This document shows, one piece after another, positions 20,643-32,913 of a stretch of DNA of 64,000 nucleotides. The DNA is from an uncultured Actinomycetota bacterium (lineage in GTDB: Bacteria > Actinomycetota > Actinomycetes > JAFAQI01), in contig CAVYQE010000011.1 in assembly GCA_963770565.1 (NCBI GenBank), positions 416,001-480,000 of the forward strand, written 5' to 3'. Positions within the stretch are counted from its first letter, which is position 1. Each line of letters opens with the position of its first letter. The translations under genes were made by a program, and so were the position numbers. The notes beneath the pieces were generated by a model. The model was given only the letters and a program-made list of their open reading frames with translations, searched no databases and was not told the DNA's origin.

Positions 20643-21668
20643 ATGCTCGACGACCGCAAGCTCGAGGTGCTGCGCGCCATCGTCGAGGACTACGTCTCGA
20701 CCAACGAGCCGGTCGGGTCGAAGGTGCTGGTCGAACGGCACCACCTCGGCGTCTCGCCGGCGACGATCCGCAACGACATGGGCGCCCTCGAGGACGACGG
20801 CTACATCACCCAGCCACACACGAGCGCGGGGCGGGTGCCGACCGACAAGGGCTACCGGCTGTTCGTCGACAAGCTCTCGACCGTCAAGCCGCTGACGCCG
20901 CCCGAGCGCCGGGCGATCGAGGAGTTCTTGCGCGGCGCGGTCGACCTCGAGGACGTCGTCAACCGCAGCGTCCGGCTGCTGGCGCAGCTGACCCGTCAGG
21001 TCGCGGTCGTGCAATACCCGTCGCTGTCGCGGTCGTCGGTCCGCCACCTGGAGATCGTCCGGCTGTCCGAGACCCGGCTGATGATCGTGCTGATCACCGA
21101 CACCGGGCGGGTCGAGCAACGCGTGGTCGAGCTCCCCAACCCGCTGTCCGAGGACGAGGTCGGCGACCTGCGCACCGCCTTCAACTCACGGATGGCCGGG
21201 CGGCCGCTCATCGACGCGGCCGGCCTGCTCACCGATCTGCCCGAGACCGTTCCGGCGCCCGCGCGCCCGACCGTGGTCGCGGTGCTCTCGACCGTCCTCG
21301 AGACGCTGGTGGAGCGGGTCGACGAGCGGGTGGTGCTGGCCGGCACGGCCAACCTCGCGCGCGGCGGCGCCCTCGACTTCCCCGGCACGATCCGGCCGGT
21401 ACTGGAAGCGCTCGAAGAGCACGTCGTCCTGCTCCGGCTGCTCGGCGAGGCCCGCGATCCGCAGACCGTGCACGTCAGCATCGGCGGCGAGAACACCCAC
21501 GAGGGCCTGCAGACGGCGTCGGTGGTGACCACCGGCTACGGCGCCGACGGTTCGGTGTCGCTCGCCTCGCTCGGTGTGGTCGGACCGACCCGGATGGACT
21601 ACCCCGGCACGATGGGGGCGGTGCGCGCAGTCGCGAGGTACGTCGGCCAGATCCTCGCCGAGTCCTGA
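20643..21668 (+). CDS. hrcA: heat-inducible transcription repressor
   Basis: [46 protein letters not shown]. Confidence 0.96.
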   Translation: MLDDRKLEVLRAIVEDYVSTNEPVGSKVLVERHHLGVSPATIRNDMGALEDDGYITQPHTSAGRVPTDKGYRLFVDKLSTVKPLTPPERRAIEEFLRGAVDLEDVVNRSVRLLAQLTRQVAVVQYPSLSRSSVRHLEIVRLSETRLMIVLITDTGRVEQRVVELPNPLSEDEVGDLRTAFNSRMAGRPLIDAAGLLTDLPETVPAPARPTVVAVLSTVLETLVERVDERVVLAGTANLARGGALDFPGTIRPVLEALEEHVVLLRLLGEARDPQTVHVSIGGENTHEGLQTASVVTTGYGADGSVSLASLGVVGPTRMDYPGTMGAVRAVARYVGQILAES

Positions 21669-21677
21669 GGCCGGGCC

Positions 21678-22826
<1,149 letters not shown>

Positions 22827-22838
22827 CCGGATGCGGGA

Positions 22839-22899
22839 GTTGATCATGGCGAAGCGCGTCAAGATCGGCACGATCTTCGCGCATTTCGCCATGATCAAC
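22839..22899. repeat. 61-bp REP/MITE-like palindromic element, copy 2
   Basis: Same 15-bp arms and length as 7150-7210; divergent 31-nt core with its own hairpin. Confidence 0.9.
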
Positions 22900-22901
22900 T
22901 C

Positions 22902-23624
22902 GTGACGGCTCCGCTGTTCTTTGCCGAGGTCGGCTCGGCCGGTTCCGGTTCTGAGCTCGTGGTCGGCGGCGACGAGGGGCGGCACGCGGCCGATGTCCGG
23001 CGGCTTCGAGTCGGTGAACTCATCGATCTGACCGACGGCGCCGGCACCCTGCTGCACGCGGTGGTCGCCGAGGTACGGCGCGGTGAGCTGACCGTGACGG
23101 TGCGGGAGCGCGTGCAGGTCCCGCCGCAGACGCCTCGTCTCACCGTTGCCCAAGCGCTGGCACGAGGCGGACGGGACGAGCAGGCGGTCGAGACGATGAC
23201 CGAGATCGGTGTCGACCACGTCGTCGGCTGGGAGGCGCACCGCGGGGTGGCTCGCTGGACCGACCGCAGCGCGGCCAAGTGGACCGCGACCGCCCGGGCC
23301 GCGGCGAAGCAGTCGCGGCGCGCATGGTGCCCGCAGATCAGTGGCCCGGCCACGACCGCCGAGGTCGCCGATCTGTGTCGCCGGGCCGACCTCGCCGTGA
23401 TCCTGCACGAGGGCGCGACCCGGCCGATCGGCTCGCTGGCATACGGAGCTGTTGCTGACATCGTCGTCGTAGTCGGTCCGGAGGGCGGGATCGACGACGG
23501 CGAGTTGGCCGGGCTGGAAGCCGCCGGCGGTCAGGTCGTCCGGCTGGGCCCGACCGTGCTGCGCAGCTCGACCGCGGGGGCGGCCGCGCTGGCCGTGATC
23601 TGCGCCGCTACCCGCTGGGCATGA
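22902..23624 (+). CDS. rsmE: 16S rRNA m3U1498 methyltransferase
   Basis: H..VRRLR.GE, VGPEGG, LGPTVLRSSTA. Confidence 0.93.
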   Translation: MTAPLFFAEVGSAGSGSELVVGGDEGRHAADVRRLRVGELIDLTDGAGTLLHAVVAEVRRGELTVTVRERVQVPPQTPRLTVAQALARGGRDEQAVETMTEIGVDHVVGWEAHRGVARWTDRSAAKWTATARAAAKQSRRAWCPQISGPATTAEVADLCRRADLAVILHEGATRPIGSLAYGAVADIVVVVGPEGGIDDGELAGLEAAGGQVVRLGPTVLRSSTAGAAALAVICAATRWA

Positions 23625-23641
23625 GTCGTTAGGCTCGCAGG

Positions 23642-23992
23642 GTGGCCGATTCCGACTGCGTGTTCTGCAAGATCGCCGCGGGGGAGATTCCCGCCGAGAT
23701 CGTCGCCGAGTCCGACGCCGCGGTCGCCTTTCGCGACCTCTCGCCGGAGGCGCCGATTCATGTGCTGGTGATCCCGCGCGACCACTACGCCAATATCGCC
23801 GAGGTGGCCGCCGCCGACGACGCGGTGGTCGCCGCCATGGTGCGCCTCGCCGCGGAGGTGGCCGAGATCGACGGCATCGCCGAGACCGGCTACCGGCTGG
23901 TGGCCAACACGAACGCCGACGCGCATCAGACCGTCTTCCACGCCCACCTTCACCTGCTCGGCGGTCGGCGAATGGGCTGGCCGCCGGGCTAG
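23642..23992 (+). CDS. HIT family nucleotide-binding protein (HinT-like)
   Basis: DCVFCKI, QTVFHAHLHLLGGR..WPPG. Confidence 0.93.
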   Translation: MADSDCVFCKIAAGEIPAEIVAESDAAVAFRDLSPEAPIHVLVIPRDHYANIAEVAAADDAVVAAMVRLAAEVAEIDGIAETGYRLVANTNADAHQTVFHAHLHLLGGRRMGWPPG

Positions 23993-24202
23993 TGCCCCAT
24001 CAACCAACGCCTGGCCTGTTGCGCGACGCCCAGGCGGCGACCGGCGGCGTTCTCGTCGGCCCCGATGGCGCTGCCATCGCGACCTCCTCGGCCTTGCCGC
24101 TCATCCACCTGGCCGCCGCTCACGACGGCCAACGTTGGTCGATGGGGCACAGCGCCCGGGATAATCCGGGCGTAGGGCACCCGCCGGGCATTAGCATCGG
24201 AT

Positions 24203-25243
24203 GTGACCATGGCAGAGCGGGCAGGGACGACGTCGACGCTGATTGTCGTGCCCGGCGCGCAGAGCATGGTGGCGTTGCTCGGCTCGAGCGACGAGTTGCT
24301 GCGGTTGATCGAGCGGTCGTTCTCCTGCGACATTCACGTTCGCGGCAACGAGATCACGCTGTCCGGCGACCCGATCGAGGTCGCGGTGGCCGCCCGCCTG
24401 TTCGCCGAACTGATGACCTTGCTGGAGCGCGGCGAGGTGCTGACGCCCGACGCGGTCCTGCGCTCGATCACGATGTTGCGGGAGCAGACCGACGAGCGCC
24501 CGGCCGACGTACTCAGCCTCAACATCATCTCCAGTCGGGGCCGCACGATCCGGCCGAAGACGTTGAACCAGAAGCGGTACGTCGACGCGATCGACGACCA
24601 CACGATCGTCTTCGGGATCGGGCCGGCCGGCACCGGCAAGACCTACCTCGCGATGGCCAAGGCGGTGCAGGCGCTGCAGTCGAAGGCGGTCAACCGGATC
24701 ATCCTGACCCGGCCGGCGGTCGAGGCCGGCGAGCGGCTGGGCTTCCTGCCCGGGACGCTCAACGAGAAGATCGACCCCTACCTTCGCCCGTTGTACGACG
24801 CGCTTCACGACATGATCGACCCGGACTCGATTCCGCGGCTGATGGCGTCGGGCGTGATCGAGGTGGCACCGCTTGCCTACATGCGCGGCCGCACCCTCAA
24901 CGACTCGTTCATCGTGCTCGACGAGGCGCAGAACACCAGTGCCGAGCAGATGAAGATGTTCCTGACCCGGCTCGGCTTCGGCGCCAAGATGGTCGTCACC
25001 GGCGACGTCACGCAGATCGACCTCCCAGCCGGCACCCGCAGCGGGTTGCAGATCGTCCAGGAGATCCTCGACGGCATCGAGGACGTGTCGTTCTGCCGAC
25101 TGACCTCGCGCGACGTCGTCCGGCACCGGCTGGTGAGTGACATCGTCGATGCGTATGCGCGATTCGACGCGCAGTCGGCCGCATCGTCTGCACCGCCGCG
25201 CGGCCAGCAGGGACCGCGGCGCCAGTCGCGGTCCGGCCGCTGA
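24203..25243 (+). CDS. phoH: PhoH/YbeZ family ATPase
   Basis: [35 protein letters not shown]. Confidence 0.94.
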   Translation: MTMAERAGTTSTLIVVPGAQSMVALLGSSDELLRLIERSFSCDIHVRGNEITLSGDPIEVAVAARLFAELMTLLERGEVLTPDAVLRSITMLREQTDERPADVLSLNIISSRGRTIRPKTLNQKRYVDAIDDHTIVFGIGPAGTGKTYLAMAKAVQALQSKAVNRIILTRPAVEAGERLGFLPGTLNEKIDPYLRPLYDALHDMIDPDSIPRLMASGVIEVAPLAYMRGRTLNDSFIVLDEAQNTSAEQMKMFLTRLGFGAKMVVTGDVTQIDLPAGTRSGLQIVQEILDGIEDVSFCRLTSRDVVRHRLVSDIVDAYARFDAQSAASSAPPRGQQGPRRQSRSGR

Positions 25244-25292
25244 CCGGCGCCGGTGGCGCAGCGACCGGTGGTCATCCGATGAACGGTGAGCC

Positions 25293-25760
25293 GTGAGTAT
25301 CGAGGTTGCCAACGAGTCCGGGGCCGAGGTCGACGAGCGCCGGCTGGAGCGGCTCGCCCGCTTCGTGCTCGACGAGTTCGGCGTCGATCCGCTGGTCGAG
25401 CTGTCGATCCGGTTGGTGGACGTCGAGGCGATGACCGCGTTGCACGTGCACTTCATGGACGAGCCGGGACCGACCGACGTACTCGCCTTCCCGATGGACG
25501 AGCTGCACGACCACCGTGACGACGTCGACAGCCCGGACGCGCCGCCCACATTGCTCGGCGACGTGGTGCTGTGCCCGCCGGTCGCTGCAGAGCAGGCGCG
25601 GGCGGCCGGCCACCCGACCGAGGCCGAGCTCGACCTGCTCTGCGCCCATGGCATCTTGCATCTGCTCGGTTATGACCACGCCGATCCGGATCAGGAGAAG
25701 GAGATGTTCGGTCAGCAGACCCGGTTGTTGACCGGCTGGTCCGTGGTGCGTCAACTGTGA
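25293..25760 (+). CDS. ybeY: rRNA maturation RNase YbeY
   Basis: PTDVLAFP, HGILHLLGYDH. Confidence 0.95.
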   Translation: MSIEVANESGAEVDERRLERLARFVLDEFGVDPLVELSIRLVDVEAMTALHVHFMDEPGPTDVLAFPMDELHDHRDDVDSPDAPPTLLGDVVLCPPVAAEQARAAGHPTEAELDLLCAHGILHLLGYDHADPDQEKEMFGQQTRLLTGWSVVRQL

Positions 25761-27043
25761 CCGCGGCCGACGTCTGGGCGCTGATCCTGGCCGGCGCACT
25801 GGTTGCGGCGGCGGCGTTGTTCGGCGCGAGCGAAGCCGCTCTTGCCCACGTGTCGAGGTTGCGGGTCGAAGACCTGGTGCGTGACCGCCGGCGCGGGTCG
25901 GCACTGCTGTCGAAGGTCGTTGCGGACGCGGCCCAACCGCTGAACGTGCTGCTCCTCGTGCGCACGGTGGCGGAGATGGTGGCGACCACGTTGGTGGCCG
26001 TGGTCTGTGACCGGCAGCTCCCGGCGGCCTGGGAGGCGGTGCTGATCGCCGGTGTCGGCATGGCGCTGGTGCACTACGTCGTCGTGGGTGTCGGTGCGCG
26101 CAGCATCGGGCGACAGCACGCCAGCCGGGTCGGCCTGTGGTCGGCCGGCATCGTGCTGTGGCTCACTCGGGCGCTCGGCCCGCTTCCGAAGGTCCTGATC
26201 GGGGTTGGCAGCGCGCTGATCCCGGGTCACGTCGCGCGCGACGCCGGGTTCACCTCGGAGGCCGAGCTGCGCGATCTCGTCGACCTGGCCGAGGAGCGGC
26301 AGGTGATCGAGAGCGGCGAGCGCGAGATGATCCACTCCGTCTTCGAGCTGGGCGAGACGATCGCGCGCGAAGTGATGGTGCCGCGCACCGACATGGTCTG
26401 GATCGAGCAGGGAAAGTCGGTGCGGCAGGCGTTCTCGCTCGCCCTGCGCAGCGGCTTCTCCCGGATCCCGGTGGTCGGCGTCAACGAGGACGACGTCGTC
26501 GGCGTTGCCTACCTCAAGGACCTCGCCCGCACGGCGTACGACGGCGACGGGCAGAGCAGTGAGCGGATCACCGAGGTCATGCGGCCGGCGTACTTCATCC
26601 CCGACTCCAAGCCGGTCGACGAGCTGCTGCGCGAGATGCAGGCCAAGCAGGTGCACTTCGCGATCGTGATCGACGAGTACGGCGGCACCGCCGGCCTGGT
26701 CACGATCGAGGACATCCTCGAGGAGATCGTCGGCGAGATCGCCGACGAGTACGACCGCGAGGCGCCCCGGGTCGAGCGGCTCGACGACGGCCGGGTGCGG
26801 GTCAACGTGCGGCTGCCGATCGACGACCTCGAGGAGATGTTCGATGTCAGTTTCGATCTGGAGGACGTCGACACCGTCGGCGGGTTGCTCGCCGCAGAGC
26901 TCGGCCGGGTGCCGATTCCGGGCGCGAGCGTGACGGCGCAGGGCCTGACCTTCTTCGCCGAGGGCGCCAAGGGCCGGCGCCGGCAGATCGGCACGGTGCT
27001 GATCACCCGCGAAGCCGCCACCGACGGGTCAGCCGCCGGCTAG
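25757..27043 (+). CDS. CNNM/CBS/CorC hemolysin-family membrane protein
   Basis: DUF21 TM region, VMVPRTDM, GFSRIPV, IDEYGGTAGLVTIEDILEEIVGEI. Confidence 0.92.
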   Translation: MTAADVWALILAGALVAAAALFGASEAALAHVSRLRVEDLVRDRRRGSALLSKVVADAAQPLNVLLLVRTVAEMVATTLVAVVCDRQLPAAWEAVLIAGVGMALVHYVVVGVGARSIGRQHASRVGLWSAGIVLWLTRALGPLPKVLIGVGSALIPGHVARDAGFTSEAELRDLVDLAEERQVIESGEREMIHSVFELGETIAREVMVPRTDMVWIEQGKSVRQAFSLALRSGFSRIPVVGVNEDDVVGVAYLKDLARTAYDGDGQSSERITEVMRPAYFIPDSKPVDELLREMQAKQVHFAIVIDEYGGTAGLVTIEDILEEIVGEIADEYDREAPRVERLDDGRVRVNVRLPIDDLEEMFDVSFDLEDVDTVGGLLAAELGRVPIPGASVTAQGLTFFAEGAKGRRRQIGTVLITREAATDGSAAG

Positions 27044-27127
27044 GTCGACGATCCTGGCGCCGCGCAGCCGAGCATGGATTGTCAGACACGACCTAGACCA
27101 GGCCGGCGTGGGTGCGATGCTGCCCGG

Positions 27128-27856
27128 ATGGATCCTGGCGGCGTGCCGGCGGTGGCGCCCGGGTTGGACGGCCGGGTGCTGTTCGACCAGCGGTGGACCG
27201 ATCTCGCCTTTCTGCACTGGCCGGTGGATCCGGACCTGGTCGCCCGGTTCCTCCCGGTCGGGGTGGAGCCCGACGTCATCGACGGGGTCACCTACGTCGG
27301 GCTGATCCCGTTCCACATGCGCGCGGCCGGCGCGGGCCGCGGTCATCCTGCGCCGTACCTTGGGGACTTCCTCGAGACCAACGTCCGGCTCTACAGCGTC
27401 GATGCAGCGGGCCGGCACGGGGTGGTGTTCCGCAGCCTCGAAGCCAGCCGGCTCGTCACCGTCCTGGCGGCGAGGTGGGGGTATCGGCTGCCGTACGTGT
27501 GGTCGCGGATGCGGGTGGAGCGCGACGGCGACACCTGGGTCTGGTCGAGCCGGCGCCGATGGCCGGATCGCGGGCTGCAGACCCGGCTCGCGGTCCGGGT
27601 CGGCGCACCGCTCGATGACCCGACGCCGCTCGACATCTGGCTGACGGCCCGGTGGGGCCTGCACCACCGGGCCGCCGGGCGCACGATCTGGACCCCGAAC
27701 GAGCACATCCCCTGGCCGTTATGTACGGCGGAAGTGCTCGAGGTCTCCGACGAGCTGGTGGCGGCGGCGGGGATCGACGTCGACGGCGCGCCACCGGTCC
27801 CGACCCGGTTCAGCACGGGTGTCCGGACCGTCTTCGGCTGGCCGAGACCGATCTGA
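27128..27856 (+). CDS. DUF2071 (YqjF) family protein
   Basis: QRWTDLAFLHWPVDP, FLETNVRLY, WLTARWG, EH.PWPL. Confidence 0.85.
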   Translation: MDPGGVPAVAPGLDGRVLFDQRWTDLAFLHWPVDPDLVARFLPVGVEPDVIDGVTYVGLIPFHMRAAGAGRGHPAPYLGDFLETNVRLYSVDAAGRHGVVFRSLEASRLVTVLAARWGYRLPYVWSRMRVERDGDTWVWSSRRRWPDRGLQTRLAVRVGAPLDDPTPLDIWLTARWGLHHRAAGRTIWTPNEHIPWPLCTAEVLEVSDELVAAAGIDVDGAPPVPTRFSTGVRTVFGWPRPI

Positions 27857-27907
27857 GCCCGGCCCGCCTTCGCCGGCGGCGGCTCGGTTGTCCGTAACCT
27901 GGGATCC

Positions 27908-28201
27908 GTGGATCCCGAGGACGACAAGCTGGTGACGCTGGCGCGCTCGGCCAGGGCCCGTGCCGGTGGCGGCGAGGGCGCGGCCGTCCGCGACGAGATC
28001 GGCCGGACGTACGTCGCCGCGACGGTGACGCTCCCCGCGTTGTCGTTGACGGCGTTGCAGGCCGCGGTCGCGTCCGCGGCATCCAGCGGCGCGACCGCGC
28101 TGGAGGCCGCGGTGGTTGTGACAACCCAAGCGGAGGCCGAGGTCGACCGGGCGGTGCTCGCCGGCCTCGGCGAGCCGGTCGTACACGTGGTGGCGCCGTG
28201 A
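27908..28201 (+). CDS. cytidine-deaminase-like protein lacking Zn motifs
   Basis: EDDKLVTLARS, GAAVRD..GRTY; position before era; no CAE or PCxxC. Confidence 0.7.
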   Translation: MDPEDDKLVTLARSARARAGGGEGAAVRDEIGRTYVAATVTLPALSLTALQAAVASAASSGATALEAAVVVTTQAEAEVDRAVLAGLGEPVVHVVAP

Positions 28202-28710
28202 CCAGGCTGCGGCGGGTCGAAGCCGCGGACATCGAGATCCTCGAGGCGCAGTACGCGTCGCCTGACGTCGCGGGCGGGCAGTCCTGGTTCGGCTTCGCCG
28301 ACGCGGGCCGGGTCCGCCGGCGGGTCGAGGCCGGCGAGACCCTTCAACCCGAGCGCGGGATGCTCGCCGTGGTCGACGACGACGACCTCGTCGTCGGCGA
28401 GCTGACCTGGCTCAGGGTCTTCAACGGGCCGCCGCCGAACGGCGACTGCTGGAACATGGGGATCTGGATCGCTCCGGAGCATCGCGGCAAGGGGTACGGC
28501 ACCGCCGCGCAGCGCCTCGGTGCGGACTATCTGTTCGAGCACACGATGTGCGAGCGGGTCGAGGCGTCGACCGAGTCCGGCAACATTGCCGAGCAACGCG
28601 CCTTGGAGCGCGCCGGTTTCACCCGCGAGGGCGTGCTTCGCCGGGCCTGCTTCCGCGGCGGCGAGTGGCGCGACATGATCATGTTCAGCAAGCTGCGCGG
28701 CGAGAAGTGA
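28198..28710 (+). CDS. GNAT N-acetyltransferase (RimJ/RimL-like)
   Basis: PEHRGKGYGT, N.AEQRALERAGFTREG.LR. Confidence 0.88.
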   Translation: MTRLRRVEAADIEILEAQYASPDVAGGQSWFGFADAGRVRRRVEAGETLQPERGMLAVVDDDDLVVGELTWLRVFNGPPPNGDCWNMGIWIAPEHRGKGYGTAAQRLGADYLFEHTMCERVEASTESGNIAEQRALERAGFTREGVLRRACFRGGEWRDMIMFSKLRGEK

Positions 28711-29600
28711 GTTTTCGCTCCGGATTCGCCTGCTTGCTCGGCCGGCCCAACACCGGCAAGTCGACGCTGACGAACGCCTTGGTCGGCACGAAGGTCGCGA
28801 TCATGAGCGACCGCCCGCAGACCACGCGGCACGCCATCCGTGGCGTGGTCCACCGTCCGGACGCGCAACTCGTCCTGGTCGACACACCCGGCTTCCATCG
28901 GCCCCGGACCCTGCTCGGTCAGCGCTTGAACGACCTCGTGCTCACCACTTTGGGTGAGGTCGACGTCGTCGTCTTCTGCATCCCGGCGAACGAGAAGGTC
29001 GGCCCCGGCGACCGCTTCATCGCGCAGCAGATCTCCCGGGTGGCCGAGCGGACACCGGTCATCGCCGTAGTGACCAAGACCGACTTGGTCGGGCGCGACG
29101 TGGTGGGTGCGCGGCTGCTCGAGGTGGCCGAGCTCGGCGAGTGGGCTGAGGTGGTGCCGGTCAGCGCGGTGGACGGCTTCCAGGTCGACCTCTTGACGGA
29201 TCTGTTGCTGGCCCGGCTGCCCGAAGGTCCGCCGCTGTATCCCGAGGGCGACCTCACCGACTCGCCCGAGCAACAGGTGGTCGCCGAGCTGATCCGGGAG
29301 GCAGCGCTCGCCGGCGTACGGGACGAGTTGCCGCACTCGATCGCGGTCGTCGTCGAGGAGATGCGGCCGCACGCCACCCGGGACGACGTACTCGAGATCG
29401 ACGCGGTCATGTACGTCGAAAGGGACAGCCAGAAGGGGATCGTGATCGGCGTAGGAGGCCAGCGGCTGCGCGAGGTCGGCACGAAGGCGCGCGCGCAGAT
29501 CGAGGCACTGCTCGCCACCAGGGTCTATCTCGACCTGCAGGTCAAGGTCGCGAAGGACTGGCAGCGCGACCCGAAACAGCTGCGAAAGCTCGGCTTCTAG
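28707..29600 (+). CDS. era: GTPase Era
   Basis: GRPNTGKSTL, PQTTR, DTPG, TKTD, KH domain SQKGIVIG. Confidence 0.96.
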   Translation: MSFRSGFACLLGRPNTGKSTLTNALVGTKVAIMSDRPQTTRHAIRGVVHRPDAQLVLVDTPGFHRPRTLLGQRLNDLVLTTLGEVDVVVFCIPANEKVGPGDRFIAQQISRVAERTPVIAVVTKTDLVGRDVVGARLLEVAELGEWAEVVPVSAVDGFQVDLLTDLLLARLPEGPPLYPEGDLTDSPEQQVVAELIREAALAGVRDELPHSIAVVVEEMRPHATRDDVLEIDAVMYVERDSQKGIVIGVGGQRLREVGTKARAQIEALLATRVYLDLQVKVAKDWQRDPKQLRKLGF

Positions 29601-29604
29601 CGCC

Positions 29605-32085
29605 TCAGTGACGCACGATCAGGGCGTCGAGGTCGATTGTCGTCCTGGTCGACGCGGGGTCCTTGTGACCGGTGTAACGGAAGGCGAACGTCCGAGGCCG
29701 GTCCTTGGTCGCGGCGGTGCCGAAGAAAGCGATCCGGCGATGACCGGCGTGCGCGGAGTACAGATCGTAGGTGCCGAGCGCCGCGCCGGCATGGTCGATG
29801 GTCAGCTCGCCGTAGGCCGGTCCGGTGCGGACCTCGAGCACGTAGCGACGACCGGTTTCGGTGATGGTCGCGAACGACCCGCGGTCGTCGGTGGTGACGA
29901 TCGAGCCCGCGTAGTCGTGCGGCCCGCTGACCCGGGTCCAGCTGCCATGGAAAGTGAACGCGCGATCGTCGTGCGGCACGACCAGGACCTTGGTGAACAC
30001 CGGCGAGGCCTGCCCGGCGAGATCGCGCTCCGTCACCGAAAGCCGGTAGCTGCCACCGGGTCGGGTCACCAATCGATGTGATCCGATCGACGCTGCGGAT
30101 CGAGCCCGGTAGACCACTGCATTGTCGCTCTCGCGAGTGACCGTCACGGTCGCGCCTACCGCGGCAAGCTGCCCCTTCGACGCTGGCGCGGGCCCCCAGC
30201 TCACGACGGCCGCGGTCGGCCGGGTCGGGCTGTGCGGACTCGACAGCCGGATCGTCCCGGCGGCGTCCTGCGGTTGCGGCGCGAAGATGAACGGTGCGAT
30301 CCGCGGCCACAGCGGCGCGCCGAGACCGGTGAGCGTGTCGTACCCGGGTTGCGCCGTGACCGGCAGCTCGGCGGCCTTGCCCCTGGCCGCGCGCCGATCG
30401 ACGTCCGCCTGGCTGCCATTGACCCCGACGGTGACGTCCCGGAACGCGCCGTTGTGCACGGCGTACGCCGAGTAGAGCGCGTCGTGGATGTCGCCGACGC
30501 CGGCGGTCGCGCCGTGCGCGCCGAGCAGGTCGGCGAACAGCGCCGCCGCCTCCGGGGAGGACAGGCTGGTCCCGCCGATCGCGAAGGTCTTCGGGCGACA
30601 TGTGGGTGCGTGGTGCGGCGCGCAGGACTTCACGTCCGACGGGTCCGAGGTGAGCACGCCGAGGCCGGTCGCCGGATCGCCGTCGTCGGCGATGTCCGGC
30701 ACCAGCCGATTCGGCTGTGCGCCGAACCGGCCCTTCTTGCCCGTTGTGGTGGTGAAGCGGTGATCGCCGAGGGCGGCTGCCTGATATGACGGCATCCCGA
30801 ACACTGCCGACTCGCCGCCGCCGGAACCGCCGGTGTCCTTCGGTTTGGTTCCCTGGCAGGTCTCGGGCGAGGTGCACCGCCAAGTCTTGTCGACCCAGTT
30901 CGTGCCAGTGTTCGGCGCCCGCGGACCGACCGGCCGAAGCCGGGTGCCGCCGACTCCGACCACCTCGGGCGAGGACGCCGGGTAGTCGACCGCGATCTTG
31001 GTGGACGCCGGGAGGTCGCCGCAGTCGTAGACGCCGCTGTCACCCGAGGCAGCGAAGACCGTGACGCCCGCGGCGGTGAGCGACTTCAGCACGTTCTCGA
31101 CCGCCGTGATCGTCTCGCCGTCGAAGGCGAAATCGAACTCGTCCTCGCAGGATCCCCACGAGGTCGACAGCGCAACGATCTTCTGGTCGCCACCGCCAAC
31201 TGCGTCGGGACCTTGGGTGACGTCGGAGACCACCTGGCCGATGTCCTCGGCGTACCCCGCGGCACTGTTGTTGGGATTGAAGTACGCCCGCTGGTCGGCG
31301 CTCGGATCGGTCGTGAGGATGGTCTCCTGGTCGAGATCGACCTCTTCGTCGGCACTGTGCTCGCCCCGGCTCGCGATCGGCACCTTGTTGCCGGGCTCGC
31401 CGACCGGGATCTGGACGTACTGGCCGCTCGCGACCGGATCAGTCTTCAGGTGGATCGAGGCGGCGTAGTCGGCGAGGTCCTGTGGATTCCAGCCGGCGAA
31501 CTGCAAGGTGGCGATCGTGAGTGGCCCGTTGACGTCGCGGCCGGTGGCCGGCGACACGTGCGGTGCGGTGTAGGCGTTTCGGAAGTCGGTCCCGGTGCGG
31601 CAGCCCAGCCGGCAGCTGTCCAGCGGGGTGAACAGCGCAGGTCCGGCAGTGGGAAGCACGGCCGCGGCCAGCCCGGCAAGGGGCGCCGGCACGCGAGGGA
31701 AGACCGCAGTCGCGTTCCCGGTCGCTGGTCGGGTGGGCGTGCCGAAGATCGACTCGGCGGTGGCGACCGGAGCCGTCGCGGTGATCGTCCACGCGGTCTC
31801 ACTCGTGACCGTGAAGCCGTCCGCGTGCAGCTGGTCGACCACCTGCCGGTGCGTCCCGACCGACGGCAGGAGCGGCGCCAGGTCGGCCACCCGCAGCGCG
31901 TGGTCGAGTCCTTGTGCGGACGCCAGCCGATCGAGGCCGGGCTGGTCCGGTGCCTTGAGCAGGATCGTCACCGACGTGGTGGTCGTCGCGGCATCGGCAA
32001 GGGTGGCGGAAGTCGGGCCTGCCGTCAGCGCCACCATGGTGAAGCCGGCCGCCAGGACGCGGACGATTCGGGCCAGGCGGAGCAT
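29605..32085 (-). CDS. Secreted S53 (sedolisin/kumamolisin-like) peptidase with C-terminal beta domains
   Basis: Signal peptide from ATG 32085; [35 protein letters not shown]. Confidence 0.88.
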   Translation of the reverse strand: MLRLARIVRVLAAGFTMVALTAGPTSATLADAATTTTSVTILLKAPDQPGLDRLASAQGLDHALRVADLAPLLPSVGTHRQVVDQLHADGFTVTSETAWTITATAPVATAESIFGTPTRPATGNATAVFPRVPAPLAGLAAAVLPTAGPALFTPLDSCRLGCRTGTDFRNAYTAPHVSPATGRDVNGPLTIATLQFAGWNPQDLADYAASIHLKTDPVASGQYVQIPVGEPGNKVPIASRGEHSADEEVDLDQETILTTDPSADQRAYFNPNNSAAGYAEDIGQVVSDVTQGPDAVGGGDQKIVALSTSWGSCEDEFDFAFDGETITAVENVLKSLTAAGVTVFAASGDSGVYDCGDLPASTKIAVDYPASSPEVVGVGGTRLRPVGPRAPNTGTNWVDKTWRCTSPETCQGTKPKDTGGSGGGESAVFGMPSYQAAALGDHRFTTTTGKKGRFGAQPNRLVPDIADDGDPATGLGVLTSDPSDVKSCAPHHAPTCRPKTFAIGGTSLSSPEAAALFADLLGAHGATAGVGDIHDALYSAYAVHNGAFRDVTVGVNGSQADVDRRAARGKAAELPVTAQPGYDTLTGLGAPLWPRIAPFIFAPQPQDAAGTIRLSSPHSPTRPTAAVVSWGPAPASKGQLAAVGATVTVTRESDNAVVYRARSAASIGSHRLVTRPGGSYRLSVTERDLAGQASPVFTKVLVVPHDDRAFTFHGSWTRVSGPHDYAGSIVTTDDRGSFATITETGRRYVLEVRTGPAYGELTIDHAGAALGTYDLYSAHAGHRRIAFFGTAATKDRPRTFAFRYTGHKDPASTRTTIDLDALIVRH

Positions 32086-32181
32086 CGGGTCTGGATGTCG
32101 ACGGGCCACTGGCATTGGATTCACGCTACCCGTCGGCTGCGTCGGAGCTTCCAAGTCGGAGTCGGGGGAGAGAATGGGCGG

Positions 32182-32913
32182 ATGCCGCTCTACCGCGACG
32201 AAGCCGTCGTGCTTCGCACCCAGAAGCTGGGTGAGGCGGATCGGATCGTGACCCTGCTGACCCGCCAACACGGCCGGGTGCGGGCGGTGGCCAAGGGAGT
32301 GCGGCGTACCGGGTCGCGGTTCGGCGCGCGGGTCGAGCCGTTCTCCCACGTCGACCTTCAGCTCTACGAGGGCCGCTCGCTCGACACCGTGACCCAGGCC
32401 GAAACCCTCGAGCCGTACGGCGAGCGGATCGCCGCCGACTACGGCCGCTACACCGCCGGCACCGCGGTGCTCGAGACCGCCGAGCGGCTCAGTGCGGAGG
32501 AGCGCGAGCCGTCGCTTCGGCTCTACCTGCTGGTGGTCGGGGCGTTGCGGGCGCTCGCCGAGTCGCAACATTCGCCGACCCTGGTGCTCGACGCCTTCAT
32601 CCTGCGGGCGATGGCGATCGCCGGCTACGAGCCGGTGCTCGATGCCTGCGCGGTGTGCGGCGAGCCGGGCTTGCACCGCTACTTCGCGTCCGCGCTGGGT
32701 GGTCTGGTCTGCCCCGACCATCGCCCGCCGGGCGCCGCGAACGTCGCGCCGGCGTCCCTCGAGCTGATGGTGGCGCTGCTCAACGGCGACTGGGCGGTTG
32801 CCGACGCGGCCACCGACCGAGCCCAGCGCGAGACCAGCGGGCTGGTCGCGGCCTACCTGCAGTGGCACCTCGAGCGCGGGTTGCGCTCGCTGCGTCTCGT
32901 CGAGCGCCCATGA
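32182..32913 (+). CDS. recO: DNA repair protein RecO
   Basis: [30 protein letters not shown], CxxC..C. Confidence 0.95.
   Translation: MPLYRDEAVVLRTQKLGEADRIVTLLTRQHGRVRAVAKGVRRTGSRFGARVEPFSHVDLQLYEGRSLDTVTQAETLEPYGERIAADYGRYTAGTAVLETAERLSAEEREPSLRLYLLVVGALRALAESQHSPTLVLDAFILRAMAIAGYEPVLDACAVCGEPGLHRYFASALGGLVCPDHRPPGAANVAPASLELMVALLNGDWAVADAATDRAQRETSGLVAAYLQWHLERGLRSLRLVERP

Noticed and set aside
23989-24123. Small minus-strand ORF between HIT and phoH
   Set aside because: About 44 codons, no motif or RBS; cannot be supported
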